In this document: positions 61,550 to 64,000 of the stretch, piece after piece | Position numbering within the stretch: position 1 is the stretch's first letter | Layout: the number at the start of each line of letters is the position of its first letter | NCBI RefSeq assembly: GCF_009914755.1 | Contig: NC_060947.1 | Strand: one strand, 5' to 3' | Length of the DNA stretch: 64,000 bases | DNA from: the human T2T-CHM13v2.0 reference genome, Homo sapiens | The notes under the pieces: model-generated | Seen by the model: only the letters and a program-made list of their open reading frames with translations | Told to the model about the DNA's origin: nothing | Database searches by the model: none | Program-made: the position numbers and the translations under genes

Positions 61550-64000
61550 ATGAGGTCCCTGAGTTCTTTGCTGTTTTTCTTCAGAACATAAGCTCTCTGA
61601 ACTGCTCAAGTTTTTCCGTCCAGAGTTTGTAGTGTATAAGATATTATGGAGTCTGTGTCCTGTATGAGGTCTTTGAATTGTATGGTGGGGTCTGTATCCC
61701 AGGGAGTGAGGTCCCCGAGCTGTTCGGGGAATCTTTGTCCAGGATATGAATTATCTGGTACATTGGGAGATCTGTGTCTCAGGATGTGAGGTCTGACCTG
61801 TTTGTGGCTCTGTGTCCAGGGTGTGAAGTCTTTGAGCTTTATGGGAGTCTCTGTCTGTAATATGAGGTCTCTGAGCTCTTTGCAGGGGGCGTCGGGGGGT
61901 TCTATGTCTAGGATATGAGGTCTTTGAGTTGTCTGGGGATTTTATTTTTATCCAGTGGATGAGGTCTCTGAGATCTGGGGGGATACTTTTTCAGGATGTG
62001 AGATTTTAAAACAGGTTGGGATTTTTTTTTTCTAGTGTGTAAGCTCTGAGTTCTTTGAGCGTCTGTATCCATGGACGTAATATTTCTGTGCTGCTTGGGG
62101 GTCTGCATCCCAGGGTGTGAGATCTGTGTTCCCGGGGAGTTTGTATCACAGTGTCTCTGGGCTCGTGGTAGGTCTGTGTTCACATCATGAGGTGTCTGTG
62201 TCTTTAGGGGTCTGTATGCTGGATTTGAGGTCTCCCAGCTATTTGGTGTGATCTGTGCAGAATTTGAGGTCTCTGGGCTCTGGGGTTTCTGAACTCAGAG
62301 TGTGACTTCTCTGAGCTGTTTAGGGGTCTGTGCCAATGTGTAAGATCTATTAGCTATTTGGACTCTGTTTTATGAGGGTCCTGAACTGGTTGGCTGTTTT
62401 GCAGGGTGTGAGGTCTCTGGCTGTTTGGGAATTTGCATTCTTTATGTATATAGTTTTGGGTCTGTGTCTAAGATGTGTCCGTCTGCAGGTCTCTGAGCTG
62501 TTTCTGTGTCTGTTCTCAGACTGTCAGGTCTCTGAGGTGTCTGGGGAGTCTGCATTCAGAATGTGATGCTTCTGCACACTTTGAGTACCTGTGCTTGAGA
62601 AAGTCAATCTCCTGAGCCATTTGGAAATCTCTGTTTATGATATAAGATCTCTCAGTTGTGTGGCCATCTTTGTCCAGAGTATAAGATCTCTGAGCAATTT
62701 GGGGGTCCCTGTCCAAGGTGTGAATTGTTTCAGCAGTTTGAGGGTCCTCATATCGGAGTGTGAGGTCTCTAAGTTGATTGTTTCATATTTAATGTCTGTC
62801 TGTTGTTTGGAGGTTGGTGCTCAGGGATGAGGTCTCTGAACTCTGGAGTTCTGTGTTCCAAGGTATGAGTCTGAAGTATTTCAAAGTCTGTTAGGGCTAT
62901 GAAGTCTCTAAACTTTTTGAGGGTCTGTATTTCAAGTTGTTTGAATCTGTGGTATTTGGGGTTTTGTATTCCAGGTGTGAGGTCTCTGAACTAATTAAGG
63001 GTATGGGTTCCAAGGTGTAAGTCGAAAGTACTTTCAGTCTGTGTTTAGGGTATGAGGCCGCTGAAATCTTTGACGACATTTTCCCCAAGGTTTTAGTCTG
63101 TTGATTTGGGGTCCGAGTTCAGGATTTGGGGTTTTAAGTGCTTGAATGATCTGTGGCCTAAGGTCTGAAGTAAGTGTTCAGGGTGTGTGGTTTCTGAAAT
63201 CTCTGAGTGTATTTCTTGGGGTTTGAATATGGGAAAGCTGGGTGTCTTTTTCAGAGTGTGAAGTCTCTGAACTTATAGAGGGTTGCTGACAAGGTTTGGA
63301 TTGGAGGTATTTGAGGGCCTGTTTTCAGGCTGTGTGGTCTCTGAGCTTTTAAAGGGTCTTTGTCCTAAGGTTTTAGTGTGAATTATTTGGGCTTCTGCCT
63401 AAGATGTGAAGTCCTTGAATTTTTAGAAGGTGTATGTCCCAAGGATAGAGTCTAAGATGTTTGGACATGTGTCCAGTAGAGTTCTAAGTTTGGGTTAAGG
63501 TATTTGGGGCCTGAATTCAGGGTGTGAGATACATGATCTTTAAGGGTCTGTATTCCAAGTTTTGAGTTTGAAGCATTTGGAGGTTTATGTTCAGAGTGTC
63601 AGGTCTGAACTCATGGAAGGTCTGTGTTGCAAGGTTTCAGTTTAAGGCATTTTGGGATCTTTGATCAGGTTGTAAGTTCTCAAGAATCATTGAGAGTTTG
63701 CAATCCAAGGTTTGAGTCTGAGACATGTGGGTGTCTCTGTTCAGGATATAAAGTCTCTGAACTCTTTGAGGGTGTGTGTCTCAATTTTTTTTTTGTCTAA
63801 GTTTTTGGAGGACTGTGTTCACAGTGTGAGGTCTCTAAACTCTCTGAGGATCTGTGTCCCAATGTTGGAATCAGGTATTCGGGGTCAATATCTAATGGTG
63901 TGATATCTCTGAAAACATTGAAGGTCTGTGTTTTAATGTTTAAGTCTGACATATTTGGAGGGTCATATTCAAGTGTGAGGTCTCTGGAACTTTAGGAAAT
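61550..64000. repeat. Degenerate G/T-rich tandem array (~39-40 bp monomer, then ~75 bp heterodimer); runs off the window
   Basis: Recurrent TGTGAGGTCTCTGA(G/A)C..GGGTCTGTGT with regular spacing. Confidence 0.88.

Noticed and set aside
61878-61893. CTCF-like GCAGGGGGCG
   Set aside because: Lacks the 5' CCA of the core motif
61908-62716. 13-aa periodic peptides on the minus strand (DRDPQIAQRSYTL...)
   Set aside because: They reflect the 39-nt DNA period; frames are short and unit lengths vary by non-multiples of 3
61550-64000. CRISPR-like reading of the array
   Set aside because: No invariant repeat with unique spacers, no cas genes, primate context

Overview
Primate (human-like) non-coding DNA, either intergenic or deep intronic. 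Roughly 55-65% (visual estimate) is interspersed repeat: about 20 Alus, several L1s (L1MA-type, L1PA-type, old L1M), MaLR/ERV solo LTRs (MST, MLT1, MLT2, THE1, MER52, MER4E, MER21), MER58/MER5 DNA-transposon relics and MIR/L2. I see no credible host protein-coding exon, RNA gene, CpG island or CRISPR array. The long ORFs are broken L1 ORF2 pieces, Alu read-throughs or GC-rich LTR frames. Subfamily names come from recalled consensus motifs, not a RepeatMasker run. The least-explained structures are (1) a >2.4 kb degenerate tandem array at the right end that switches from a ~39-40 bp monomer to a ~75 bp heterodimer, (2) a 102 bp loop-less near-perfect palindrome at 4503-4604, (3) an AluY + 5'-inverted L1 composite under one TSD, and (4) several local duplication and template-switch scars. 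I cannot support a claim of a new biological system; the findings are leads only.
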